A DNA stretch of 64,000 nucleotides from Mobula hypostoma (lineage: Eukaryota): positions 203,982,001 to 204,046,000 of the forward strand of contig NC_086097.1 in NCBI RefSeq assembly GCF_963921235.1. The letters are read 5' to 3'. Position numbers and translations under genes: made by a program. The notes under the pieces were generated by a model, which saw only the letters and a list, made by a program, of their open reading frames with translations, was not told the origin of the DNA and did no database searches. Below are positions 24,740-38,379 of the stretch, in pieces. Every line of letters starts with the position of its first letter. Position 1 is the first letter of the stretch.

Positions 24740-25889
24740 TGAGAAGTTTCAGTTGCTCAGCATTCAGGATGATATATTAAATTGGATTAGACGTTTGCTT
24801 TGTGGGTGAAGCCAAAGAGTGGTAGTAGAGGGTTATCTTGCTGACTGGAGGCCAGTGACTAATGGTGTGCTGTAGGGATCAGTGTTGGGTCGTTTGTTGT
24901 TTGTCATTTATATCAATGATCTGGAAGATAATGTGGTTAACTGGATCAACGAATTTGAAGATGACACCAAGGTTGGGGGCTGTATTTGACAGTGAGGAAA
25001 GCTGTCACAGCTTGCAGAGGAATTCGCATCAGTTGGAAAAATGGGCTGAAAAATGGCAAATGGTATTTAATACAGACAAGTGAGGGGTTTTTGCACTTTT
25101 GTAGACCAACCAAGGTAGGTTTTACACAGTGAACAGTAGGCCACTGAGGAGTGTCGTAGAACAAAGGGATCTGCGAATACAGGTACATAATTCGTTGAAA
25201 GTGGCATCACGGGTAGATAAGGTTGTAAAGAAAGCTTTCAGCACATTGGCTTTCATAAATCAAAGCACTGAGTACAGGAGATGTGATGTTTTGCTGAAAG
25301 TTGTATAATATGCTGGTGAGGCCTAATTTGGAGTATTTTGTGCAGTTTTGGTCTCCTACCTGCAGGAAAGATGTAAGTAAGGTTGAACGAGTGTGGAGAA
25401 AACTTACAAGGATGTTGGCGGGTCTGGAGGATCTGAGTTATAAAGAAGGATTGAACAGGTTAGGACTGATGCTTTAGAACGTAGCAGATTGAGAAGAGAT
25501 TTGATAGAGGTACACAAAATTATGAGCGGTATAGATAGGGTAAATGCAAATAGGCTTTTTCCACTGAGGTTTGGAATGACTACAACCAGTGATCATGGCT
25601 TAAGGGTGAAAGGTGAAAATTCTGAAAAGCTTAAGGGGAACATGAGGGGAAAATTCTTCAGTCAGAGGGTCATGAGATTGTGGACTAAGTTGCCAGCACA
25701 AGTAGTTCATGTGAGCTTGATTTCAATGTTTAAGAGAAGTTTGGAAAGGGACATGGAGAGTAGGGGAATGGAAGGCTATGGTCCAGGTGCAGGTCTTTGG
25801 GAGCAGGCAGATTAAATGGTTTTGACATGGACTAGATGGGCCAAAGGGCTTGTTTCTGTGCTGTACTTTTCTATGATTCTATGACTCTA
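24740..25889 (+). mobile_element. CR1 LINE, 5'-truncated, different subfamily
   Basis: KWAEKWQMVFNTDK and RRDLIEVHKIMSGIDRV peptides; (CTATGA(C/T)T)n tail; short AACA duplication at the flanks. Confidence 0.88.
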
Positions 25890-26355
25890 AACACTACCTG
25901 TGCTTTCATCTATCTTTGTATCATCTGCAAACTTGGCCACAAAACCATCAAATCCATCATCCAAATCATTGACATACGATTTAAAAAGAAGTTGTTTCAA
26001 CCCAGACCCCTGTGAAACACCACTTTTCTCAGGCAACCAATCAGAAAAGGGCCCCTTTATTCCCACTTTTTGCCTCCTGCCAATCAGCCAATGTTCTATC
26101 CATGCTGGCATCATTCTTGTAATACCATGGGCTCTTACTTTATTTAGCATTCTCATGTGTGGCACATGTGTGGCAAAATCTAAATACAGAACCTCCTTTG
26201 TCTATCCTGCTTGTTATTTCCTCAAAGAATTCCAACATATTGGTCAAGCAAGATTTCCCCTTAAGGAAACCATGCTGGCTTTGGTTTGTTTTATCATGTG
26301 CCTGTAGGGACCCTGAAACCTCATACTTAACAATCAACTCCAACATCTTCTCAAT

Positions 26356-26603
26356 TAGATAAAGAGGAGATGTCAGGGGTAAGTTTTTTACACAGAGAGT
26401 GGTGAGTGCATGGAATGGGCTGCTGGCGATGGTGGTGGAGGTGGATATGATTGGGTCTTTTAAGAGGCTCCTGGATAGGTACATGGAGCTTAGAATAATA
26501 GAGGGCCATGGATAAACCTAGGTAATTTCTAAGGTAAGGACATGCTCGGCACAGCTTTGTGGGCCGAAGGACCTGTATTGTGCTTTAGGGTTTCTATGTT
26601 TCT
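26356..26603 (+). mobile_element. CR1 3' fragment of the younger (GTTTCTAT)n subfamily
   Basis: Matches the 3' ends at about 56950-57196 and (reverse) 61020-61280. Confidence 0.88.
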
Positions 26604-28033
26604 AACTACTGAGGACAGGCTAGCTGGCCTATAATTTCCTTTCTTCTGCCTTCCTCCCATCTTGAAGAGTGGAGTGATAGTTGCAATTTTCCAGTCCTCT
26701 GGAACCATTCCAGAATCTAATGATTCTTGGAAGGTCAGTACTAATGCCTCCACGATCTCTTCAGCTACTTCTTTTAGAACTCTCTGGTTATAGTCCATTT
26801 GGCCCAGGTAACTTATCTACCTTCAGACAACTTCTCAAGCACATTCTCCCTGGTAATAGCAACTGCCCTCACTTCACCACCCGTGGCCCCCGCCCCCCGC
26901 CCCGACACTCTCAAACTTCTAACATACTGCTAATGTCTTCCACTGTGAAGATTGGTGCAAAATACTGCCATCACCTTGTCCCCTATTACTACGTCTCCAA
27001 TATCTTTCACCTCCCTTTTACACTTTACATATAGAAAGAACACCTAATCCAGAATAGACTTTCCCCACAATCCAGAATAGCCTTTCCCCTTGTGGGCTCA
27101 ACTACAAGCTGCTCTAAAGAACCATCACAAAGGCATTCAACAAATTCCTTCCCTTGGGATCCAGCACCAGCCTCATTTTCTCAGTCTATCCGTAGCTGTC
27201 ATATCATTGTGCTTTTGACATGCGTTCCCTATCTCCTATTGCAATTTGGTGCCCACATCCTGGCTGCTGTTTGGAAGCCTATATGTAACTCCTATCGGTG
27301 TCTTTTTAACTCTACCCACAAGGATTCTACATCTTCCAAACCTATGTTACCTCCTATGTTTTGATTTCATTTTTTACCAACAGAGTCCTCCCACCCTCTC
27401 TGCCTATCTGCCCATCCATTCGATACAATGCATATCCTAGGATGTCAAACTCCTTTCAGCCACGACTCCATGATGCCTACAACGTCATACTTTCTGATCT
27501 TTAACTGTGCTACAAGATCATCTACCTTATTTCATTTACTGTGTGCATTCAAATATAACACCTTCTGTCCTGTATCCATCACCCTTATCAATTTTGTCCC
27601 CATGTTACACTGCAACTCATCCCACTGACTGCAATTTTGACCTATCATCTGCCTGCCCTTCCTGACAGTCTCACTGCACTCTCTTCAGGACCTCCTCCCT
27701 TTTCCTACCTATGTCATTGGCACTGATATGTACCAAGACTTCTCGCTGGTCACCACCTACTTTAGAATCCCTGACTCTGGCACCTGGGAGGCAATATACC
27801 ATATCTTGGTGTCTCTTTCACATCCGCAGAATCTTGTGTTGCTTCTATAACTATGGAATCCTCTATCACTACTGCAGTCCTCTTCTAACCCCTTTCCTTT
27901 CTGAGCCATAGTGCCAGAGACCTGTTTGCTGCAGCTTTCCCTAGTAGGTCATCCCATTCAACAGTATCCAAAATAATATTCAAGTGGTATCCTTTATGTA
28001 GACTATAGTCCAGATTTGCTCTCACAAGGACCT

Positions 28034-28600
28034 CAAAGTTCAAAGTAAAATTTATTTTCAGAGTATAAACATGTCACCACATACAACCCTGAGATTTGTT
28101 TTTCTGCGGGCATACTCATCAATTCTGTAGAACTGTAACTGTAAACAAGATCAATGAACAACAAACTGTGCCAATGCAAATGTAAGTAAATAACAATAAA
28201 TAATGAGAGCATGAAATAACAAGATAAAGAGTCCTTAAAATTAGATCATTAGATGTGGGAACACCAGAAATAGAATGAGTGTAGTTATCCTCTTTTGTTC
28301 AAGAACCTGATGTTTAAGGGGTAGTCACTGTTCTTGAACCTGGTGGTGCAAGTCCTGAGGCTCTTGTACCTTCTATCTGATGGCAGCAGTGAGAAAAGTT
28401 CATGGCCTGGGTGGTGAGGATCTTGGATGATGGATGCAGCTTTTCTACGACAGCATTTTGTGTAGATGTGCTCTATGGTTGGAAATGCTTTACCCATGAT
28501 GTACTGGGCTGAATCCAGTACCTTTTGTAGAATTTTCTGGTCAAAGGCATTGGTGTTCCCATACCAGGTTGTAATGCAGCCAGTCAATACACTTTCCATA
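28034..28600 (-). mobile_element. Rex1/Babar 3' fragment
   Basis: ESVLTGCITTWYG...DPHHPGHELFSLLPSDRRYKSLRTCTTRFKNS; TCAAAGTTCAAAGT tail. Confidence 0.88.
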
Positions 28601-28803
28601 AACAGGGATGAGGATACTATTAAGTTTCCATGTTGTATTTCATCTGTCAATTCCTCACCTGCCTGCACTTCACCTATACTTATCCTTTCAAATTGTCTTT
28701 GTGGCCTTCACAGAACTAACACTGCAACACACAACTGTGCCAGCAGCAAACCTGGCATGTATTACAATCGGCACACTGTAATCAATACACTAGGAACACT
28801 TTG

Positions 28804-29097
28804 AGCGCCACAATAGCCTAGCGGTTATAATGATCCTATTACAACTCGGGGCCTGCTGGAGTTCGGACTTTGATTACGGTGCTGTTCTGTAACGAGTCTC
28901 TGTACATTCTCATGGAATGTGTGCATTTCCCCCAGGTGCTCTTGTTCCCTCCTATAGTCCAAAGACGTACCAGGTAGATTAATTGGTCATTGTAAATTGT
29001 CCAATGATTGGGTTAGGGTTAATTGGGGTTGTGGGGTTGCTGTGGTGGTGTGTTTCAGAGGGCCGGAAAAGCCTACTCTGTCCTGAATTGCTAAATA
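28804..29097 (+). mobile_element. V-SINE (HE1-like), degraded
   Basis: tRNA-like head TAGCCTAGCGGTT. Central GGTGCTCTTGTTCCCTCCTATAGTCCAAAGACGTAC...TTAATTGGTCATTGTAAATTGTCC resembles the vertebrate V-domain. A-rich end. Confidence 0.7.
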
Positions 29098-29191
29098 AGT
29101 TAATAAGTGACCACTTTTCACCAAAAAAAATGATTTCAGTTTCTTTTTGTTCAGTCTGTGTTTTTTTCTTGTAAGACTTGAGTATATCAAA

Positions 29192-29692
29192 CACTCAGTG
29201 GTCACTTTATTAGCCATCCACTTCAAGGTTCAATGTGTTGTGCATTCAGAGATGCTGCTCTTCTACACACTACTGTTGTAGTGCATGGTTATTTGAATTA
29301 CTGTCACCTTCCTGTCAACTTGAACCAGTCTGGCCATTCTCTTCCACCTCTATTATTGAAAAGGTGTTTTTGCCCAGAGAATCACAGCTCACTGGATGTT
29401 CTTTTGGTCTTCGCACAATTCTCTGTAAACCCTAGAGACTCTTGTGCGTGAAAATCCCAGGAGATCAGCAGTTTTTCAAATACTTAAACCACCCCGTCTG
29501 GCACCAACAATCATTCGAAACTCAAAGTAACTTATATTTAATTTCTTTCCCATTCAGATGTTTGATCTGAACAACAACTGATCCTCTTTACCATGTCTGC
29601 ATGTGGTTATGGATTGAGTTGCTGCCACATGATTCAATGATGAGATATTTGCATTAATGAGCATGTTTGCTTAATAAAGAAGTCACTGAGAT
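29192..29692 (-). mobile_element. Tc1-derived non-autonomous element
   Basis: TIRs CACTCAGTGGTCACTTTATTA / TAATAAAGAAGTCACTGAG; interior is the reverse complement of 59394-59818 (transposase N-terminal remnant). Confidence 0.8.
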
Positions 29693-30297
29693 TATGTTTA
29701 CTTTATGTTTTTCTTGTGAATGCTGTTTACGTGAGGTGAAGTGCCTATGATATTGCTGCAAGTAAGTTTTTATTGCACCTGTGACTGCATGGGCTTATAT
29801 ATGACAATAAGCTCAACTTTGACTTGGTCCTTTGTCTATATCATTGCCAATCACCAAAATACTACGCTTAGTTACAACATCTCAAGATGAAAACAACCTA
29901 TTAATTCCCATTCTCTGCCCCCTGCCTATTAATCTCACCTAGTCCATAATAGTATATTACCACGTGCTATAATTTTATTTAAAAACTTTATATGTGACAC
30001 CTTATCAAATGTTTTCTGAAAGTCAAAACACACCACAATCAATCCTTCCATCTTAGCTGTTCTCCTATTTGTACTTTCATTAAATTCAAACAGACTTGTT
30101 CAGCATGATTTCCCATTTATAAATCCTATTGTTATATCTAAAGTCCCTATGACCATATCCTGAATAATAGATTCTAACATTTCCCTATCACAGGTGTCAG
30201 TCCAACTTATCCGCAACTTCCTGTTTTATCTTTCCTTTGTTTCTTAAAAATGTTGGTGCTGTTTGTCACCATCCAAAATGTGCAACAGTTCTAAATT

Positions 30298-30630
30298 AAG
30301 ACCATAAGATACAGCGGCAGAATTAGGCCATTTGGCCCGTCAAGTCTGCTCCAGCTTTTTATAATGGCTGATCTATTTTCCCTCTCAGCCCCAGTCTCCT
30401 GCTCTGTATCCTTTCATGCTCTGACTAATCAAGAATCGATCAACCTCTGCCTTAAATATACCCAATTACTTGGCCTCCACAACTACCTGTGGCAATGAAT
30501 TCCATAGATTCACCAATCACTGGCTAAAGAAATTACTTCCTTTCTTAGATAAGGGGCCCAAAACTGTTCACAATACTCCAAGTGAGGCCTCACCAGTGCT
30601 TTATAAAGCCTCAACAGTACATCTTTGCTT
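30298..30630 (-). mobile_element. CR1 3' fragment, with older CR1 remnants on both sides
   Basis: AAGACCATAAGAT tail, then GCAGAATTAGGCCATTTGGCCC; reverse complement of the 23160-23243 type end. Confidence 0.8.
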
Positions 30631-32084
30631 TTGTATGGAGGTTTGGAAGATGACAATCAGTTCATCCAACAGCTCAGTGGCAAACTCTTTCAAATTCCTC
30701 TTTAGTGTACCCTTAGTATTGACAAATAGCTTTTCCCAGTCCTCCCATTCAACAACTGCCCATATCCCACCACATTTTGTCTGTGTTTTGGCAGATGATT
30801 TCTTAGTTTCATCTTCCCATTCAGTGAACCTCCTGCTGTTCCAAATGTTAATCCCTACAGACTTCCCATTCACCAGACTGCTATTGTCCATTATCCACTT
30901 CCCCATCTTATTATTTACCAATCACCAAAGTTCTGACACCTCCTTTCTCTCCCATGTACTAACCGCTCTCTTCATATCTTGCATTTTCTGATCACCAAAT
31001 ATGTGATCTTTTACAAGTGTCTTGAGGTGCTAGTTTTGTTTAATACTTCCCATGATCATTTGATCTTTCATTAATTTTTTCTAGTTCACCATTAGCACCA
31101 GATAACTTGCTATTTTGCATAATAGCTTCATTTTCAACTGAATCATGATGCATCTGGGCTTTTGCTTGAACTTATCCCCAGAGTGCCCACCTGCCAATAT
31201 TCAGAGGACCAGCTGATTTGACCCTCTGTGCTTGAGAGCCATCTAAAGAGTGGATTACCCTGACAATCCTTGACTGTCCTTTGCTAAGAAAAGTATTTGA
31301 TACTATCTCTGACAGTTTTCCATTGTCAGAAGCATTTGAAAAGCTGCTTAAATACATTTGACTGGTAATATAACATAATATATTAAAACAATTATTAATA
31401 ACTAATTGAAACATTGAAATTAAATAAAACAATTAAACTATTTATCTTTACTTACCTTTTATTTCGTGGTTTTTGTATCAGTCGGCTTGATGTGAAACTG
31501 AGAGACTGAATGGGAAGTACCTCCAACCTTCCTCTTTAGTGCTCTGAAACTGGACGCAGTAGTGATTCTAGTAACAGAGTTGGGGGTTATATCTTTTAGC
31601 CGTGAATTACAGATGGCTAGCAATGTGTAATGGAAGAACTGGTTAGGGATAAGCTTGATATAAATTGATATTTAGAAAATACTGACATACACAGAACTTT
31701 CCCAACAGGAGTCAGTACTATAAAAGAACAGTGGGATAAATGGAGACAAAAGGAAAAATAATCTGTAATAACTTTAGAATAGCCTAATTGCTTCTTTTTC
31801 TTTAGTTTTCACTTCTGTGCACCACTGTGCCACATTGTATGTTTTTGCTTTAAATATCTTCCATTGTTTTTCATTCTTTTGATGAAGGGTGTTGCATAAA
31901 TAAATGTGCTTGCTCTTTCATCTCTGCATTTAGTGTGGCATCATTACACTGCCTTGAGTTAAGTATCAGCAGCCACGTAGGTTTGTGCCAATACTGACTT
32001 TAACAGATTATAGAGAACAATCTTCCTACACCACAACAAAAATGGGATGCAAAAATATCTGACAGATGGATGACGTCCTACAAT

Positions 32085-32665
32085 TTTTAAAATCTTTTTT
32101 TTCCCTCCATTTTGCTTTTATATCTTACCCCTAAGCAAACCTTCCCTCACCCGCCCTCCCCGACCATATCATGGCAGCTAATGTATTTACAACACTACAA
32201 TTCACAAATACAAATACGGACATTTCACAACCGTACCCCCACATTACATCAAGACGAAGGCTCACACACATCCACAACATGTCAGATGATCCAAAATACA
32301 CTCATGTTACAATTCATCAACCACCCTGTGAGGTAAATTATAAACGTGTTAAAAGGGAGGCAACTTCCCAAGTACAATCAAATGCCCTCAACTAGTAGGT
32401 AATTCCTTAAGACTCCCAAGATATGACAAGAGAGGTCCCCATTTGAAATAGAACTTTTTCACAGACCCCCTCAAAGTGAATTTAATCTTTTCTAATTTCA
32501 GAAAAAAACATTACATCCTCTAACCAAGCAGCAGCAGTGCGGGACAATAGCAATGTAAATGCAATGATATCCAACTGGCTTGCATTTAAACCTAAAACAT
32601 CGTCTGCCACACCAAATACAGCTATAAGTGGGCAAGGTCTCAGTGTCACCCCCAAAACCTCGTCC
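32085..32665 (-). mobile_element. L1-clade LINE, ORF2 C-terminus and 3' UTR fragment
   Basis: Manual minus-strand translation across a deletion and frameshift: EVLGVTLRPCPLIAVFG...LDIIAFTLLLSR / WLEDVMFF / LKLEKIKFTLRGSVKKFYFKWGPLL, resembling fish L1 ORF2 ends. Confidence 0.75.
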
Positions 32666-33705
32666 TACAATTATTTTTAACAATATATCATAGAATCATT
32701 TATTATTTAATGCTTTGTGGAAATCTTTTCTTTGGATTAAATTTATTTTAGCAGTATGAAGGTTTAGGGTGCTGAATTTTGTACAAAATATAGCTTATTG
32801 ATAATTCCCACTTCAACATACTCTGACCGATATTGTTTACTTCAGTCAGCTGTTAAGAGTTTCACATATATTCACCAGCCCAATTGTTACATGCAAGTTA
32901 GTAATGTTTTACAAGAAGCACTTTAAGCCCATTGAAATAAAGACATGGACTGATTTGTATTAACAAAAACATCCAAATAAAGAACATAGTATTTTCCTGT
33001 CATGTTTAATTTGACAATATCCAGATGGTAAGGAAGAAAACAACACCAATTTACACTAATTTTCATAAATATACTACAGTATTAACATTATAACTAATTA
33101 ATAGAAACTTGCATTAGTTTTAGAACCAATGAGCTGATGAATAGTGAGCTATGAAGTCGATTCATTCTACTGTTCAGCTATCAGTAAAAGCTGCAGGATT
33201 TGCACTGAACTACTGAATGAAGCTCCACAGACTGTGATTACCAGTGACATTCACAGAGCTGGAAAAGAAACAACAGGACTGTCAGGTCATTTCTGGTGAT
33301 AGAATTCAAAAAATGCTCTGTTGGCTTTACACTGAGGCTTCTTTGAAATTCTAGTATACAAGCTTATGCAAGCTGGAGTGATTTGAGATTTGTCCCTCAA
33401 AACAAAATGCCAAAATGGCACCAATTCAAATTCAGTTTGTACTCTTGTGTTGAAGCCCTTTTAAAATGAAATATTGTTGATTGCCACTTATGCGTTTTTG
33501 TATTATATCGTAGCATTCCACAGGGTTTTTAATGTATAGTGGAACTTGGCACGATAACTTGAATCTTAAAATCCAGTTATAACAAGACGTAACCTTGTAT
33601 ATTAAATTTCTATTTTAACCTTAGTTTGTTTTCAGAAGCATTAAAAATTGCTACTTTAACTATGAAAAGAAGATGGGTATGAAAACTGCAGTTATGGAAA
33701 CATTT

Positions 33706-34080
33706 TCTTACTTCAGTGGTTGGTAAGTTGATGGAGAAGATCCTGAGAGGCAGGATTTATGAACATTTGGAGAGGCATAATATGATTAGGAATAGTCAGC
33801 ATGGCTTTGTCAAAGGCAAGTCATGCCTTACGAGCCTGACTGAATTTTTTGAGGATGTGACGAAACACATTGATGATGGTAGAGCAGTAGATGTAGTGTA
33901 TATGGATTTCAGCAAGGCATTTGACAAAGTACTCCATGCTAGGCTTATTGAGAAAGTAAGGAGGCATGGAAGGCTATGGGTAACCCTAGGTAATTTCTCA
34001 GGTAAGGACATGTTCGGCACAGCTTTGTGGGCCGAATGACCTGTATTGTGCTGCAGGTTTTCTATGTTTCTATGTTTCTA
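33706..34080 (+). mobile_element. CR1 with RT segment fused directly to the 3' UTR
   Basis: ORF 33716-34039 [23 protein letters not shown] jumps at about 33969 to GGCTATGGGTAACCC and a (GTTTCTAT)n tail. Confidence 0.9.
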
Positions 34081-37000
34081 GTTATTAAACTTGGGAACAG
34101 GATTTGGCCATTAAGGTGTACAGTGGTAGTGATGTGTTTAGGGTGTATAGTTTGTGGTTTCACTAGCTACAAAGTGCTCTGCATTTACTTCATCTACTTG
34201 AACAGGACCCCCAAACTCCATTACTTCTACCATCAAGGAGGTTAGGTCAAGCATTTGAACTCCATTGAGCTTGGAGTTCACATCATATGCCATCTTGACG
34301 AGAAAATACATTGTCCTTCTTTCATTGCTGAGTTCAAATAGTAGGAACTTATAGGCAACAACACTTTGAGTCTACCTCCTCTAATAGAGCTCTACGTGTA
34401 CAAGAAAGTGGTCAGCTAGTGATCAGCAATTAACACTATCTTGCCAGTACTATCCACACCCCTTTAAAAAAAAGTTCCCAAAGCTAGAGTAATTATAAAT
34501 ACCACATTTGCAACTGCCATCGTTTTCAGATATGTTCACTAACCTTCCTTCCAAAAGACTTGGCTATAATTTGTAGGCCATGTCCTCTCTCTCATTCTAG
34601 GCATCTAGTTGTTTCCTTTAATATATTGTAGAATTAATAAAGCCACCCCTTAGTCTTTTAAGTTCCTTGACATTTCCTAATTGTAATTTGACCCTTGGAG
34701 TTTTGGAATCATTCTGGTAAATCATTGTTGCAATTCCTCGAGGCGGGATCTTCCTGGAGTGTGGTGTCTAAGATGGTTTACAATTCTCCAGATGAGGTCC
34801 AGCTTAGACTTTGTATAGCTATTACATAACTTCTTCATCCTAGTGCTTCAGTCCTCTTGATTTAAAGGTCAGTACTCCATTAGCCAGATTTAGTTTCTGT
34901 TCTGCTTCTATCCTTTGAACTTCTAATGATTTATATTTAAGGATCCAAAATCTTATCGGAGTTTATTTGCTTCTGGCATTTCACTATTCAGAAAATAAAC
35001 TGTTCACCTCATGTTTGGCTACAATGAAATCATTTGGCAGAGTTTTGCCAGTTCACTTATTCCATTCATATCTGCACTGCTTACAATGCCATCTAGCTTT
35101 TGTCAGCTGTAAACTTTGAAATGTAACTTTCTATCCCATTATATAAGTTGATTATAAATTCAACACAGTTTCAGCAGGAAATTGCAAGGCCACTCCTTTC
35201 AATTTAGACACTTGCCCATTATCCCTGCCCTCCACCTGCTTAACAAGTTTTGTAGCATGTTCAACTATTTGCCTTCAATTCCATCAGTCTCTCATGAGAC
35301 ACTTTTTCAAATCCTTTTCATATGTCCACGACGTGATTAAAATCCAGAGAAAAAAATCCTGACCACACCTTCAATCATCTCTTGAAAAACAAAAAAACTG
35401 AAGATATAAGAGGGAGGGTGAGAAGAAAAATGAACAAATATCAGCATACTCCCCAAAATGAGAATGGGACTGTGATCCCTCTGTCTGGACACCATCAAAG
35501 ACTCTTCAAAACCCTTCCCCACCCGCATCCTACAACCATTTTTCGCTCCGAAGTCACTGAATCAATGCGAAGCTACCATGGAATTTCTTTCTTAAGTCCC
35601 TGCAGGTTTCTTACCCTGGCAACAAATGGCTCTTATTAAAGTCATTTCATCCCATGCAATTCTGATAGTGGTCAATTTACCCAATTCTTCTTTCTTGAAC
35701 TGCTTGCAGCTTCTCCACACTTGCTTCTTCTGAAGATTTTCCTCCTTTATCCTTCTGGAGGGACCATATTTGATCAGTTTCATTCCAGTCTGCTTGGGTG
35801 GAGTTAATGAGTTACCAGTAAAGTTTTCTTTCCCTGGTCCTGCATAATAACCTTTGGTATCATCAACAATTTAACCTTGGCTCTCTCCCTGTCTCCTCCA
35901 TTTGCTATCTCTTTGATAGCATCATCATAAGACATGGCATCAGTTTCCATATTTGCACAATACCACTGAATGCTATCTCACTACCACTTCTCTCGACTCC
36001 TCTAATGTCTCTAAATTGTTAAACTGCTTGTCTGATATTCAATAGTAGAAGAATAGAAATATACTCCAACTAAATACTAAAACAACAAAGCTATTGTCTT
36101 TGTTACCTGTCATTTATTCCATTCACTAGTCTCTGGCTTGATCCCTTTCTCCTTGACAACTATCAGAGATCAAATCAGATTCTTCACAAGCTTTGACTGT
36201 ATACCTGTGTCATTGCAGTAGTATTGAATCAACACCATACACAGATATCAGCTGCTGGGACAAAAATCAAGTCCTCATTGTCTCTGGGCTTGTCTGTTCC
36301 CATTTACTCCTATCCGGACCACCAATCCTCCATCTCTTCTGTTATTCATGTCCTGATTTACAGAAAGTCTGATTCATCCATACCCCTAAGCTAGCCAAGC
36401 TATGTTGGAACTTGGTTTAAGCAAAGCTTGATTTAAAAATTTCTCACCTTTGTTCTCAGATTTATCCACGGCCACTCTTCTGTTCTCTGTTCATCCTGCA
36501 ATTGACTTTAATGCAAACCCAGTTACTGCTGTAATTCAGACGCTGTAAGCCTGATTCTGATTCTGAAGTACAAACTCACCAGTAATTGTCAGATGTCCTT
36601 CTGGAGGCCTTTCAAGTGCTTACCATCTTTTCAAGACTTACAATGTGGTAAAATATTTTCATTTAGAATATTGTGTGTTCAGAACATGATAAAGGTGCTA
36701 CAAGTTTTCACAATACATTTATTTACAAAGCTGCAATGTAGAACTGAAAGTAGTTACACAAATTGTATAAATGTTCTCAATGTTGTACCCTTATCCTAAA
36801 CTGAATCCTGTTTAAGACCACACTAGCACTGTTGTTGCAAATTAACTATGTAACAAAATGTCACATCATCAAATAGAGAGAAAAATGTGAGTTACAAATA
36901 GATTGTGATATTTTTTGGAAATTGGGCCATTAACCTTTATCTAAGATTCAGATAGAATCTGAGTAATTACCATAAACAAATAAGTTTGTTCGTGTCATGT

Positions 37001-38062
37001 GTAATAATTATTTTTGAATATTATAAATATTGTGCAATGGTCACATTTGTTATTTAATAGTTAAAATAAAATTTAACACCGTAACATTAAATGAAGAAAT
37101 ACATAAAAGATCTAAAATAAGAAGGTCTTTTATTTTTCAACTGTAAGCATTTTGATGGCAAAGGCTTTACACAGCAATTCTTTAGAAATCTTAGATAAAG
37201 TTCAAAGGTCCAAAATGTTGGTGATATTGCAAAGCTATCTGAAACTCCTATTGCTTTCTTTCCAGTTTAGATTGTACCATGTTTTCACCTAATTATGTTG
37301 AATATATTTCACTCCAATATGCTTTATTTAAAGGCACCCAATGCATGAAATTTGAAGTAGATGATATTTAGGAAATTAATCCTTTTGTCAAGGGTTGCAT
37401 TTGATTATAAAGGTTCACATATTTGATTTAATGAAGTAAAAACAGAAAACAAATTGACACATCCAGTCCAATTGCTTTGTAATCCAGATGACCACTCACC
37501 CGATTAATTATTTCTTCTACATCTCAACTCGCTTGTCACTTTTAACTAATAGCATATGAGCTTACCTTAGCGAGTATTTAGCTTGGTTTATATTAAAATT
37601 TGACTCCTACCAGAAAGCCTTCTTCACCAAGTAGTCAAAATCAGGGAGGACACCACAGAACTTGTTGGTTAGTGTGAACTGAATAAGACATAAGAGGCAA
37701 GTCTTCCAAACAGGATCCTTTTATTCATTCATTAAGGCACAGTTTCCTTTTCCAAAAAGTTATTCATCATGGCACCACTCAACACCTCTTTTTATTAATA
37801 TATCTGATGGGAATTAATGGTCAACAATAAAACATGCCAGTTTAGAAAATATTAATTGATGAATTAGAAAAATTATATATCATTTGAAGAATTCCATAGT
37901 ACAATATTCCATAGTCAGGAAATTAATAAAACAATTTAAGAGAATGGTAGCTATAAAAGAACAGGAAGACCAATGTGAAATATTGTAAAGCAAGAGATTT
38001 TAGAAAGATTAGCGCAATAAATCACAATGTGCTGGTGTTACTTATTTATTATTGACAACACT

Positions 38063-38379
38063 TTGAGGGTTCAGGCCAGATTTGGGAACAGCTTCTTTCC
38101 AACTGTGATAAGACTGCTGAATGGATCCTGACCCAGATCTGGGCCATACCCTCCAAATATTCAGATCTGCCTCGGTTTTTTTTTGTACTACATTACTTTC
38201 CATTTTTCTATTTCCTATTTATGATTTATAATTTAAAATTTTAATATTTACTAATTTTACTATTTTTAATATTTAATATTTGTCATCCAGGGAGCAGGAA
38301 GCGCAGAATCAAATATAGCTGTGATGATTGTACATTCTAGTATCAATTGTTTGGCGACAATAAAGTATAAAGTATAAAA
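38063..38379 (+). mobile_element. Rex/L2-type 3' fragment with (TAAAGTA)n tail
   Basis: GATTTGGGAACAGCTTCTTTCC...GACAATAAAGTATAAAGTATAAA; an inverted copy of its end is at about 57879-57946. Confidence 0.7.

Larger units (their letters stand above)
24650..27975 (-). mobile_element. CR1 LINE (minus), degraded, split by two plus-strand CR1 insertions
   Basis: Minus peptides FVAKFADDTKI, HGFLKGKSCLTNMLEFFEE, VPEDWKIATITPLFK. Its 3' continuation lies at 24650-24739, on the far side of the 24740-25889 insert. Confidence 0.85.

Noticed and set aside
30470..30991. 173-aa ORF
   Set aside because: Begins in antisense CR1 sequence and runs through what look like degraded repeats; no recognisable domain.
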